Below are positions 40,704 to 53,185 of a DNA stretch of 64,000 bases, one piece after another (positions within the stretch are counted from its first letter, which is position 1; the number at the start of each line of letters is the position of its first letter). Source of the stretch: Octopus sinensis (lineage: Eukaryota); NCBI RefSeq assembly GCF_006345805.1, contig NC_042999.1:82646001-82710000 (forward strand), in the 5' to 3' direction. Position numbers and translations under genes: made by a program. A model generated the notes under the pieces. The model worked only from the letters and a program-made list of their open reading frames with translations. It was not told the origin of the DNA and did no database searches.

Positions 40704-41273
40704 TCATGTCCTAATACATCTGCTGTGGCTGTGTAGTCCTATCCTGGACAAACACTCCCTCTGGCAGGTGCCGCAAATGTAGCGAACATTTTGCCTAGCT
40801 GGTTGCAATGTCATAGTTTCTTGTTGACGTCTTTTCTTGTCTTTCCATTTCTCCTCTCTCCCTATGTCACTCCTTTGTGTTCCCTCTTTTACGGTACGTC
40901 GCCAATCTCCACGGTTGCTGGCAGCTGCTTCCCAGTTGCTAATATTGATGCCGCAGGCCTTCATGCCCCTTTTGCAAACATACTTGTATCGTAAGAACGG
41001 TCTTCCCACAGATCTAGTGCCCCTAGCAAGCTCTACGTAGAGTATGTCCTTGGGGATTCTGCCATCTTCCATGCGGCTAACAAGTCCAAGCCATCTCATA
41101 CGTCTTTGTGTGAGGAGTGCACACATGCTTGGTATTCCTGCTTGCTTGAGGACATCTTGGTTGGAGACATGATTCTGCCATTTGATGCGAAGGATATTCC
41201 GGAGGCAGCGCAGGTGAAAGATATTTAGGCGAAGGCTCTTGGCGTGTGTATGGCGGCCAAATCTCACTTTCAT
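40704..41273 (-). mobile_element. RTE-clade LINE, 3' end of ORF2
   Basis: FHLRCLRNILRIKWQNHVSNQDVL...RRMRWLGLVSRMEDGRIPKDILYVEL..G.R..GRP..RY...W...A..R..WR, then CQRECLSRIGLHSH; characteristic RTE C-terminus. Confidence 0.92.
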
Positions 41274-41577
41274 ACGTCATGTTCTTGTCACTTGTTTTAC
41301 CCCTCTGCAAAAGAATTTTATTTAATTCCTTTTGCAGGAAGTACTGCTTCGGTATGGCCGTGTTCTGCCCTTACCTTCGAAACACGCATTGAGTCGAACC
41401 AGGGGCAGCTGATGAAGGGGAATTTTCCTTGTATTGTTTGTCCTATACTCTGTTTTTTCGTTGTTTTAAAAAAAGTATGTTTCCTTGTTTTTTAGTTGTT
41501 AAAAAAACTCCGTTTCCTTGTTTGATTTTATGTTTTCGTCTCTCGTTGTGTTCTACGTTTATTTGTGGTGTCCTGTA

Positions 41578-41634
<57 letters not shown>

Positions 41635-41639
41635 TATAT

Positions 41640-41716
<77 letters not shown>

Positions 41717-41879
41717 GCATGTATATATATATATATACATGTAGATGTATGTATGCATATACTTTATTTATTTATTATATTATTATATGACCGAACGCAC
41801 GCGTTATTTCTCTTCTCCAAGTAAGTTTATATATAATGTTTATATATATATAAACATATATATGCGTGCACTAAAACGT

Positions 41880-42069
41880 GGTTCTCAAGAGGATTCACAC
41901 AGAATGTGACAAGGTTGACCCATTGAAACACTGGTACTAATCATTCTTTTCAGCTCAGTGTATTGGAGCAACGAGAAATTAAGTGTCTTGCTCAAGGACT
42001 CAACGCATCGCTAGGACATAAACCGAGTACCCTAACCACTAAGCCACATACCCTCACTATTTTATATAC

Positions 42070-42100
<31 letters not shown>

Positions 42101-42345
42101 ACACATATCCTTTTATATCTGTGTCAGTCATTTGACTGCGGCCATGCTGGTGCACCGCCTTTAGTCGTGCAAATCCACCTCAGGACTTATTCTTTGTAAG
42201 CTTAGTACTTATTCTATTGGTCACTTTTGCCGAAACACTAGATTACGGGGACGTAAGCACACCAGCATCTGTTGTCAAGCGATGGTGGGGACAAGCATAG
42301 ACACACAAACATATACACACATACATACATATATACACACATACA

Positions 42346-42393
<48 letters not shown>

Positions 42394-42520
42394 GACGGGC
42401 TTGTTTCAGTTTCCTTTTACCAAATCCACTCACAAGACTTTGGTCAGCCCGGGGCTATAGTAGAGGACACTTGCCCAGCATGGCCGCAGTCTGATGACTG
42501 AAACAAGTAAAACATAAAAA
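41880..42520 (-). mobile_element. Cluster of SINE D and SINE B pieces
   Basis: SINE D-like segment 41880-42045; SINE B 3' module 42108-42300; SINE B body 42392-42470. Confidence 0.7.
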
Positions 42521-43126
42521 AATACATTAATATTGATTTCAAATTTTGGCACAATACCAGCATTTTCAAGGTAGCGGGTGAGTCGATTGCATCAGCCTCA
42601 GTACTTGACTGGTACTTATTTTATCGAACTCGAAAGAACGAACGGCAAAGCCTTAAGATATATTAATATCAACATGCAAACATACATGCATATATAAGTT
42701 TATATACACAGGAAACTCTATTTCTTAACACACCTACATTCATAACGGAAATAATCGTCTGACTTTCTCTTGCAATAGCAATGCGATATCAGTATATGAT
42801 AACAACTAGACGATATAAAAGGCACTTTCGATAATCCCAAAGCTGACAATCCTTCCAGCCTAATCGCATAATCCTTTAAAACTGTCTATTTGTATGTACT
42901 CACAAATGTTTATAAATGTAGACGTTATGCTTATGTGTATCTATTTATACATATATGCTTGTATAAGTGTGAATATATACGTATTTCAGTGCATATATGC
43001 ATATAAATATACACATACATATATACCACCGTATACATATATATGTGTGCGCGTGTATACTTTTAAATATGTATAATATATGTATATGTAAGTATGTATA
43101 TACATACATATATATATATTTATGTA

Positions 43127-43158
<32 letters not shown>

Positions 43159-43161
<3 letters not shown>

Positions 43162-43376
43162 TTCAAAATGTGACCGCGTGTGTATCGTTGGCGATTTTTT
43201 CCTCTGTCTTCCCTTCCTTGGACTTTTCCTTTCCTCTATATTTCTGACGAAGAGCTCCGCTCGAAACGTTAAATCCTCCTTCTTTCTTTCCTTTCTTGAG
43301 CGTCCAATAACACTATACTTGTTCCACGTCCACGCGTTGTTGTTTTCTTCTTTGTGTTTTCATGTTTGGATTAACT
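43159..43376 (+). mobile_element. Family P1 pseudo-LTR-like element, complete, between two (TA)n tracts
   Basis: TCATTCAAAATGTGACCGCGTGTGTATCGTTGGCG...GTTTGGATTAACT; reverse complement of 11135-11352 with scattered substitutions. Confidence 0.8.
43240..43274 (+). ncRNA. Minimal type I hammerhead ribozyme motif, core intact
   Basis: ATTT-CTGACGA-A-GAGC-TCC-GCTC-GAAACGTT-AAAT; stem I is ATTT/AAAT versus GTTT/AAAC in the 11238 copy. Confidence 0.7.
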
Positions 43377-43977
43377 ATATATATATATATACCAGGGTAA
43401 TAAAGATTTTAGAAATTATTACTACCAGTGGCCTAGCGTATAGAAAAATTAGTCAATAGACTATATATTATTCATATAAAATACAGTGTACATTTAAATA
43501 CATTAAGAGGTATCCATCATAGGACTCCCTTACGCTAGAAGGAACAGCTAAAGTCCAAACCACTAATTAGGGATAAATTCTCTGAATTATAAGCTAGTTA
43601 TTGAGGTCGGTTACTGACGAGAATTCGCCTGGCGGATAATATTGTTTTGCTAAATTACCTATTAAAGAATGGCAAATAATCTTATTTGCTAAAGACATTC
43701 GCAACCATGGTAATAAAAATAAACCACCGCTAATAAAAATAACAAGGTAAAAGTTTTTATTTTTCATTTACTTCGAAAATTGTTATTAAATCGTGGTTTT
43801 GGCCGTGTTGGCTGCTATTTCTAGCATGTAGAAATTACCTGTTAAAGGGTAGTTTCTTTTGTGTTTAAATGTACACTATTTTAAAATATGAATATGTTGT
43901 CTATTGACTATTTATACATGCTTTCCCACTGGTGGTGATATTTATAACGAATATTCGCTACCCTATATATGTATTTA

Positions 43978-44141
43978 TACGACGGGCTTCTTCCATTTCT
44001 GTCCACGAAGTCCACTCACAAGGCTTTAGTCGGCCCGAAACTATAGTAGAAAACATTTGACCAATGGGCCACGCAGTGGGACTGAACCCGGAACTGTGTG
44101 GTTGGAAAGCAAGCTTCTTACCACGCAAGACTCCTGCGCCT
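43978..44141 (-). mobile_element. SINE family B, 5' half
   Basis: AGGCGCAGGAGTC...GGGTTCAGTCCCACTGCGTGG head and body. Confidence 0.8.
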
Positions 44142-44147
44142 ATAAAT

Positions 44148-44183
<36 letters not shown>

Positions 44184-44187
44184 CTCA

Positions 44188-44390
44188 ACATGTGATCTCT
44201 TGAGCACCACCAGCAAAAAAAATTTTTTCCTGTCTTCCCTTCTCGGGATCTTTCCTTCTCCTTTGTTTCCGACGAGAGCTCCGCTCGAAACGTTTAAACC
44301 CTCCTTCTTTCCTGAGCGTCAAATAATACTTTAATTGTTCCACGTCCTCGCGTTGCTGTGTTTTTTTTTTCTGTGTTTTCTTGTTTGGAT

Positions 44391-44395
<5 letters not shown>
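44188..44395 (+). mobile_element. Family P1 element, hammerhead with a U4-to-C change
   Basis: GTTT-CCGACGA-GAGC-TCC-GCTC-GAAACGTTT-AAAC at 44265-44299; ends GTTTGGATTAACT(ATA)n. Confidence 0.75.
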
Positions 44396-44431
<36 letters not shown>

Positions 44432-44847
44432 GTACATATATATATATATATAAACATATACATATATGTGTGTGTATGTATGTATGTATGTGTGTATATA
44501 CATATGTATTAATAATAAATATATAACCATGTGTGCTATGTAGTTATGCATGTGTGTATATAATGATTTCGACTAAGCTTTGCGATATAATACACGAACA
44601 AAAACAGCGTATATGCATATGTCAACATCACACCATTTGAAAATTTCCCATACTTGCCTTCTGCATTCAAAACTTATAGTTCAAGCCCAGGCTACCACGC
44701 ATTGGTATGAAAAAAAGAACTGTAATTTAAGCATTCTCTCTGTTTTTAATGCAATGACTATAACGTGTTTACGACAATCATACGCTTGTGTTTATCTGAC
44801 ATTTATGTATGGTAACGCTCTACTCGCATACGAGTATGCTCACTCAC

Positions 44848-44920
44848 CTCTTAGACGCAGATACTACTTCTTAAAGAGCAGCAACAACAGAAAAACAACG
44901 CTGCCGCCCGGGTGATTGGA
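44848..44920 (-). promoter_or_regulatory. Candidate promoter and short first exon (CCAAT box, GC box, consensus donor)
   Basis: Minus strand CCAATCA (44913-44919), GGGCGG (44904-44909), then GAG|GTGAGT at 44848/44847. A competing plus-strand reading exists (see findings). Confidence 0.3.
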
Positions 44921-45384
44921 GACTCGAGACTGTTCCTGCCTGCAATATAACTTCTTTTGACTTTGTGGTTTTCATAATTTTTTTTCTACTTGATATTTAT
45001 TTTAATGATATAGTGTACATAGAAGTGGATTCATGTCTTGTTTTGATATATTTCAGTTGGAACTTACGCATGAATGTATGTATGTAGGTATGTCTATAAA
45101 TGCGCAGGCATGTATACATGTGTAGACACTCATACAGACACAAACACAAGCGCGCGCGTATGTGTGTATGTTTTGTTTAATATCCTCTACATATGTGTAT
45201 GTGCGTTGGTAGAAGAGTCCACGTATATAAAATATATATATGCATTCATATATGCATATATATGTGTTTGTATGTAAGCGTGTATATATACAACATATAT
45301 ATATACCAATATACGAATGTATATATAAATATTATAAATAATTAATATAAAATATATATTATATATGTATTATAATATGTATAT

Positions 45385-45449
<65 letters not shown>

Positions 45450-46368
45450 CTTATATTAACATATACTTATATATATATTCATTCGTATATTGATATATAT
45501 ATATATATGTGTGTGTAGTATATATGTACGCTTACATACAAACACATAACACACAAGCATACAGACTACCAAACGAAACTTTGTAGGCGAATACTAATTA
45601 ATAACAGTTGTGTACCTATACAGACTAAGAAGAAAGAGATAGCTATGGAATGTTTGTTAATAGCAAATAGAAGCTCAAAATCAACACACACATTTATATG
45701 AACTTAGTAATAAAATGAAATCAGTTATTGATAGTTAAAAAAAACTTAAAAGTTAACGGGTACTAAATGATAAATCCGATGACGGTTATTTCATCAGTTA
45801 TAATAATTCTGTTTGCTCCTCTGTTACTCCGTGGAGGGAAGGGGAGAGGGTGCAGGTGGAAGAGAAGAGGAGGGGAAGGGAAAGGTGATGGTGTGTGAAA
45901 TGTGTGATTTTTTAAACTAAGTTTTTTCCTCCGTTACTTAGCCCGTGTGTAACGCTTTCACGTGATTAGTTATAGAGAACGGCGAAGATCGTGAGAAAAA
46001 CAGAGAAAAATAAAAAGGAGAGAGAAAAGGGGTAAGGCGAAGACTGAGAGAGAAAGCGGGAGAGTGTTGTGTAACACAACACAGGCTACGGTTTCAATTT
46101 TTTTTTTTAAATAAAGTTTTCAGAAATAACCCAGTAAGATTACCATTAATTCTATGAATTTACAGGTTCCGCTAGTTCATATGGTTATTATAACTACTAA
46201 TTCATTCAGGTAATGAGACTGAGAATGTCTAGAAGTATTAATTGACTCAAGTAATTTTGTTTCAAAATATATACAAAGTATTCATAAGCATTATGCAAAA
46301 TTATCACTAAAAAATTATTATCTCGAAAGACTGACGTGCCTTCAACAAAACACACCCATTTCTACATG

Positions 46369-46597
46369 TCTTTACTACCAACAAGGTGCTAAACACAGAG
46401 CAGACAAACAAGGACAGACAAACGGATTAAGTCGATTATATCGACCTCAGTGCGTGACTGGTACTTAATTTATCGACCCTGAAAGGATGAAAGGCAAAGT
46501 CGACCTCGGCGGAATTTGAACTCAGAACGTAGCGGCGGACGAAATACAGCTACGCATTTCACCCGGCGTGCTAACGATTCTGCCAGCTCACAGCCTT
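46369..46597 (-). mobile_element. SINE family A (tail type 1)
   Basis: Near-consensus full copy. Confidence 0.9.
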
Positions 46598-46894
46598 GTT
46601 CCTACAAACACACCGACATACTGGAGGAATCCAGCCTTTAATGTTATTCTGGACTGATAAGAATCCCAGGAAATCCATGTTTCTCATCCCTTCACCAAAC
46701 ACTCCAATGCCAGTTGTTTTCAGTTCAGCGTCAAGTTCCTGTAGTCTGTAATAGCTTTGAGCGTCATGTGATATACAAGATGTTGAACATTTATAATTCC
46801 TCAGTACTGTAGTTAACGCAGAAATACCAAGAATTCTTGGAGTATTTCGTACTACTGGCAGCCAACAAGTTATTTAGACGGTTTGGAGCTTCTC

Positions 46895-47045
46895 TTCCAG
46901 CAGAATTTTATACTTATAAGAAGTGCTAAAACAATTACTGACTGGTTTTCTGATCATAGCAACAACTTTCATACGTGGCCACGTAACTCACCTGACATGA
47001 AGCTTGTAGATGACCAATTTGTGTTCTGGCAATCAATGAGGGCTA
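46895..47045 (+). mobile_element. Tc1-like transposase fragment
   Basis: FQQNF...AKTITDWFSDH...WPRNSPDMK resembles FQQDNA..H.A....WF...WP..SPDLNPIE. Confidence 0.55.
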
Positions 47046-48088
47046 AAAGCTACTAATCGCATAAAACAGTGTTTGTCATGGGTTGGCTTCTGCTATGCCA
47101 CGGCGTACTGGCGTAGCAACAGGAGCTAGAATGACATTCCATACCATCATTAGAATCTCTACACATTTTGCACAATTTTAGTGATTTCGTTTTAATACTC
47201 AGATATAATATTTCTTATGTATCGAGAGATTTAACTCTTTATACAAACCACAAATATATACCTTTATACCTTTATACAAACCACAAATATTTGTATGTAT
47301 GAATAAAATACAGGGAGCAGAGTGGTTTAGGAATAATGAAACTGGTATAATTAAAATCGTAAAGCTCTGACTCAACTGTTAACAAATTTTTGCATAATAG
47401 ACTAATTTTCTAAGACGCACCTATATATATGTAAATATATAGATAAAGTACATACATATGACTGACACGTATGACATGGGGTGACATACAAGTTTGAATA
47501 GACAACCTGTGCAAATATTCATAAATTGGTGCCTTATGCAGGATTAACTTTAACAACGCTACAGAATTATTTTCCTTTATGAGTGGGCTCTTATAGCTTT
47601 AGAATATGTCTATGCATTGTGCATACATACACACATACACGCAGACATACAGATATATAAGTACGTATGTATGTATGTATGTATGTATGTATGTATGTAT
47701 GTATTTACATTACCAAAAAGTTTCAGGTGTGGTGAAACGGCTAGCAGTATATATTCACCAATATGAATAGTTCTATGCTGACGACGATAGGAACTGAATA
47801 GAGAATGTGTTTAACTTCATTTGATCAATGAATAAAAGTCGTTGCGGGTATCATGTGGGAGTGGTTGTGAATATATGTATGTGTTGTGTATGCAAAAATA
47901 TGTGTAACTTTATACATAAATATTTTAAAATCTATATGTGTGTGTGTGTGTATGTGTATATATCTGAGTGTGTGTAATATTTATAAAAATATACATATAT
48001 AAATAAATATATGTATGTGTGTGTGTGTGTGTGTGTGTGTTTGTGTGTGTGTGAATGTGTGTGTGTGTGTGTGTGTTGTGTGTGTGTG

Positions 48089-49342
48089 CAGGGTGCGTAA
48101 GGTATTTGATGACATACCTTTTGGGAGTCATTGCTGCATTTTTTGCTAAGTTTGTATAATCTTTGTTTCAGAAAATAATAATGGCAAACCTTCAGCTTAC
48201 TCAAGAAATGAAGAGGCATGCAGTTATTGTAGTATTAAAGGTTGAGCATAGCGATTTAGAAATATCTCGATTTTTAAAAGTTGCCAGATCTTTCGTCTAT
48301 AAAGCTTGTAAGGAGCTAGATACTGAAGATGGAAACGTATCGTCAGTGTGAAAGTATAAAAGACATACTAAACGCTCTGAAATCATCAGAACATCTGAAT
48401 TTATCCACTAAGTTCAACTGACCATTGATTACAGAATGTCCATGAGGTCAATTGCAAACGATCTCCATGTGTGAGAAGGAACAGTCGGATATATTGTCCA
48501 CGAAGACATCAGATATAAGTTTTATATGATGAGGAAAGATCTATTTGTCAAAAAATGCAAAAGAAATTCACTATATCAGATCTAAAAGGCTCTTAAACAA
48601 ACTGAAAAATCCAGCCGAAGATTTGATTTGGTTTTTATCAAACGAGAAAAACTTCGAACAAGACCAAAAAGTTAACAGAAAAAAATGACAGGTGGTTATG
48701 TGCAGACCCTTCCAAGTGTTATTCATACAAAATTTCCTGTAACTGTCACGGTTTTAGGAGCTCTCAGCAATGAAGGACATGTGATGCCGCCTTACTTCTT
48801 TCCACAAGGCCTTATAGTTAATTCTGCTGCCTACATTGAGGTTCTGGAAATAATTGTTAAGCCCTGGATAGACAGTGTATGCAATAGAAGGCCATATGTG
48901 TTTCAGTAGGACTCTGCGCTACCACACATGGCTCTAGTAACACAGGAGTGGATGGCTGAAAATTTTCATGATCACGTAACTCGTAATATTTGGCCTCCTA
49001 ATTCCCCATTTTTCAATACATTGGACTATTTACATGTGAAGCGTTGTTGAGAGAGAGGTCAATGAACACGCCCATAACACCAAAGATTCCTAGAAAGCTG
49101 CCATAGTCAGAGTAGTGTCCAAAATGAACCAGGACCATTTTATTTGAGCATGTAGATGATTTAGATCTCATATAGAATCAGTTGTTGAAGCTGAAGGTGG
49201 CTTTATTGAATAACATTATAGGAAAGAAGGTTTATTTTTATTCTCATAGCAATTTTTTTATAAATAAAGTTATTATCTGTTATTATGTATCTGTTTTGTT
49301 TTTATAAACATAAAACTGTCCACAAATATCTTATGCACGATG
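48089..49342 (+). mobile_element. Near-full-length Tc1/mariner element, DD37D (maT) type, transposase pseudogenised
   Basis: TIRs CAGGGTGCGTAAGGTATTTG / CAAATATCTTATGCACGATG followed by TA. MANLQLTQEMKRHAVIVVL...; catalytic region DSALPH...WPPNSPFFNTLD has 37 residues between the two Asp; several stops and frameshifts. Confidence 0.9.
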
Positions 49343-49367
49343 TATATATATATGTATATGTGTGTGT

Positions 49368-49404
<37 letters not shown>

Positions 49405-49512
49405 GTGTGTTTGTGTGTGTGTGTGTGCGTGTGTGTGTATGTATGTATGTATGTATGGATGGATGGATGGATGGATGGATGGATGGATGGATGGATGGAT
49501 GGATGGATGGAT
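49343..49512. repeat. (TG)n-(TATG)n-(GATG)n compound microsatellite
   Basis: Seen directly. Confidence 0.95.
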
Positions 49513-49526
49513 CAAAACAGTTTGAC

Positions 49527-50489
49527 TTATTGTGGTATGGTAGTGTGTGGGTGGTGGTGTGTGGTGTATGTTGGGGTATGGGGCAAACGAGAGTGGGGGA
49601 AGCAAGGTAGGGTTCTAAGGGATGGGGTGGGTGGGATGGGATGTATAGGGGTGGTGGGGGTGAAATGTGTACGGTGGGGTAACGAGGGAAGGGTGACGAT
49701 GAAGGGAGAGAGTGGAAGGCAGAAGATGGGTAGGAGTGAAGAGAGGAAGAGAAGTGTCAAGGCAAGAGAAGAGAAATGGGTGCTAGGAAGTAGGTGTGTG
49801 AGGAAGAGAGGAGATAGGAGGAGGGCTAGATGAAGAGGAGAAGAGACTTGAGCCCATGTGGCACACAGGAGCAAAGAGAGAAGATGGGAGACCGTATGGA
49901 CCCTGTGCAAGGACAATCCGAACACAGACAGGTGTTGTAAAGAGTGACCGGTAGAGCGGAAATGACGCGAGACCGGGGTGTCGTTGCAGTCAGATGTCTC
50001 GGAGGTGTTCCGCGAACCGGGAAGCCAAGCGGCGTCTTGTTTGATCGATGTATAGAGAAGGGCAGAGAGAGCAGGAGATGCAGTAGATGACGTTGCTAGA
50101 AGCGCAGGTGAAGGAGTCAGTGATATGATAGGGTTGATGAGGGGTGCTTGTGAGGAGGGTGGTGCTGGAGAGGTAAGGGCAGGTGAAGCACCGTGGACCA
50201 GAGCAGAGGAACGAACCGCGTTGGGAGGTTGGGTTAGGGCGGAAGCTTGTGGGCTCGTTTGAAGGAGAGGGTTGGTTAGGGAAGATGTGCGAAGTGGAGG
50301 AGTCGGACAAGAGTGCCGGAAGGCTCGGTGAATGGTGCGTTGGAGAGGTGAGAGGTAGAGTGGTGGGGTGGTAGGTGAGAGGAAACAGAAGATGGGTAAC
50401 GGCGGGGCGAATGAGGAGGAGAGAGCCGATGCACGCCACGTAACGTACTCTGGCAAGGGCGGTGTGTATAGTGATGAGGGGATATCCAT
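49527..50489 (-). mobile_element. Penelope-like element: GIY-YIG endonuclease region and 3' C/T-rich segment, frameshifted
   Basis: CSGPRCFTCP...FTCASSNVIYCISCSLCPSLYIDQTRRRLASRFAEHLRDI, continuing in another frame as NDTPVSRHF...GHS; matches the PLE CxxC / VIY-YIG / R..EH / V..HF pattern. Confidence 0.88.
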
Positions 50490-50491
50490 AT

Positions 50492-50690
50492 TCTTTTATT
50501 CTTTTACTTGTTCCAGTCCTTTAACTGTGGCCATACAGGAACAACGCCTTCTTTCGAACAAATCGACCTCAGGTCTTATTCTTTGTAGACCCAGTTCTTA
50601 TTCTATTGGTCTCTTTTGCCGAGGACGTATACACCAACATCGGTTGTCAAGTGACGTGGTGGGTTAGGGGCACAAAAACAGACACAGAAA
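50492..50690 (-). mobile_element. SINE family B, 3' module
   Basis: TCTTTTACTTGTTCCAGTC...CAAATCGACCTCAGG...CACCAACATCGGTTGTCAAG on the + strand. Confidence 0.75.
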
Positions 50691-50714
50691 TACATACATA
50701 TATTTGTATATGTA

Positions 50715-50771
<57 letters not shown>

Positions 50772-50934
50772 CATATATGCACGTGCATATATATACATAT
50801 ATTCACATGCATATACATGGAGATATATATATATATATATATATAAATATTATTTGAGACAAACCACTATTTGCAAAACAAACAAGGAAAGACTTAATCA
50901 ATACATAAAATTTAATAAATAGTCAAAGAAACCG

Positions 50935-50976
50935 CCACTACAATCGTTTCTTGTCTGATCGACAATCTTCAGGTGG
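50935..50976 (-). ncRNA. Minimal type I hammerhead motif (left arm)
   Basis: CCAC-CTGAAGA-TTGTC-GATCA-GACAA-GAAAC-GATT-GTA-GTGG. Confidence 0.7.
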
Positions 50977-51022
50977 ACTTCCAATATTCAGTACAAATTA
51001 TATGTAACTGAATTATTGGAGT

Positions 51023-51065
51023 CCACCTGAAGATTGTCGATCAAGACAAGAAACGATTGTAGTGG
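51023..51065 (+). ncRNA. Minimal type I hammerhead motif (right arm)
   Basis: CCAC-CTGAAGA-TTGTC-GATCAA-GACAA-GAAAC-GATT-GTA-GTGG: all three stems pair; predicted cleavage after GUA at 51061. Confidence 0.72.
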
Positions 51066-51515
51066 CGGTTTCTTTGACTATTTATTAAATTTTATGTATT
51101 GATTAAGTCTTTCCTGTTTGTTTTGCAAATAGTGGTTTTGTCTCAATAATATTTTATAATATTTTTACTATAAAATTGATTTAATCCTAAATCTGATTTT
51201 TTTTTCCCTGTAATTTGGATATATTCCTAATATTTATTATTTAAGAATATATATATATCTATATATATATATATATATATATATATCTATAATATAATAT
51301 ATATATATATATATATATAATATATAATATATATATATATATATATAAACATATATATATACATATGTAAATATACATATAATATATTTTGGTGTGTGTG
51401 TATCTTTACTTCAATATATATATATACGTTGTTGGAAGTCTTCTTATATCAAAATATATTAGATAGAAAAATCTATATGTATATATACATCAAGATGTGG
51501 GTACGCACACATACG

Positions 51516-51690
<175 letters not shown>

Positions 51691-52140
51691 ATACATACGT
51701 ACAAACATACATGTATTCATACATACAATCATGCATACATACATACATAAACTTACATAGCAGCAACAAACAGAGGTAGTCGAGTGTAGTTAATTTCATT
51801 ATGTATGCCATAGGCTACAACACGGTATTTCTGCGCAGAATCACGTAATTTCATTTGACCTTCGTGTCTCAAACAAAAACAATAAAACAGACACGAAAAA
51901 TACACATAGAAATAATAAAATTATATTCATGTAAATCTTATATTTGTGATTATTATTATCATTATTATTGTTGTTGTTCTTGATGCAGTTCGAGATATTC
52001 GTGCAATAGTCAACAGCTCAGCACATTATATATTATATATCCATATAGTTAGACAGATAAATAGATAGATACATTCATACATACATACATACATAAATAC
52101 AGCTACACACACACACAGATATATATATATATATATATAT

Positions 52141-52179
<39 letters not shown>

Positions 52180-52279
52180 TATATATAGTCCATATATATA
52201 TAGTCTATTGACTGGTTTTTCTACACGCTAGGCCACGGTGGTAAAAAATTTCTAAATAATATTTTACGCCCCTGAAATT

Positions 52280-52364
<85 letters not shown>

Positions 52365-52520
52365 ATACATACCTGAGGCTATAGCAGAAGACACCTGACC
52401 AACTCGCCAGACAGTGGGACTGAACCCAGAACTATGTGGCTGGAAAACAAACTTCTTGCCCCCGTCACACACACACACACATATATATACATACATATAT
52501 ATATATATGTGTGCGTGTAT

Positions 52521-52557
<37 letters not shown>

Positions 52558-52616
52558 TACATATATATATATATAGATATATATATATATATTATATATA
52601 TATATATATTATATAT

Positions 52617-52661
<45 letters not shown>

Positions 52662-52726
52662 GTTCACATATAACACATGTAGCGAGCTATCTGTGTCCCC
52701 TTACCTCGCTCAATTTCTGTGTCTCC

Positions 52727-52779
<53 letters not shown>

Positions 52780-53185
52780 TGTAGATAGTTTGAACTATAT
52801 GAGAAGGTACGAATGAGTGCGTGCAAATATGTATGTGTAAGCGGTCGTACATTCGGGTCTGTAATTGTGTGACTATGAGTCAGACACACTCATAAATACA
52901 TGACCTCGTAGAAGCTTTAAAAGTGCTGGCGAATTGGGTTGTGACTATTTTTCGAGGTAACTAATTTCTCTGCTTGGTTGGGATAATTAATATCTCCCAT
53001 TTGTAATGTATATTCTTGATATAGCGCCAAAATATGAATATCCAATAATTTTTACCCTGCAAGCTCTTATTGCAATTGGTGCGGCTAAGTGAATTAGTAA
53101 AGAACGCGTTTTTATCTAGCATGTCCAAAACTCCAGTGCTAGGTGAAGTAACAGAGATGATGATCATGATGATTATGATGATGCT

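Larger units (their letters stand above)
50846..51153. repeat. ~150-bp-arm fold-back (inverted pseudo-LTR pair)
   Basis: Arms ~50846-50994 and ~51004-51153 are complementary apart from a few single-base indels; loop about 9 nt. Confidence 0.92.

Noticed and set aside
49527-50489. 320-aa Ser/Pro/Leu-rich ORF as a host gene
   Set aside because: It is an off-frame reading of the Penelope fragment; the GIY-YIG motifs switch between frames.
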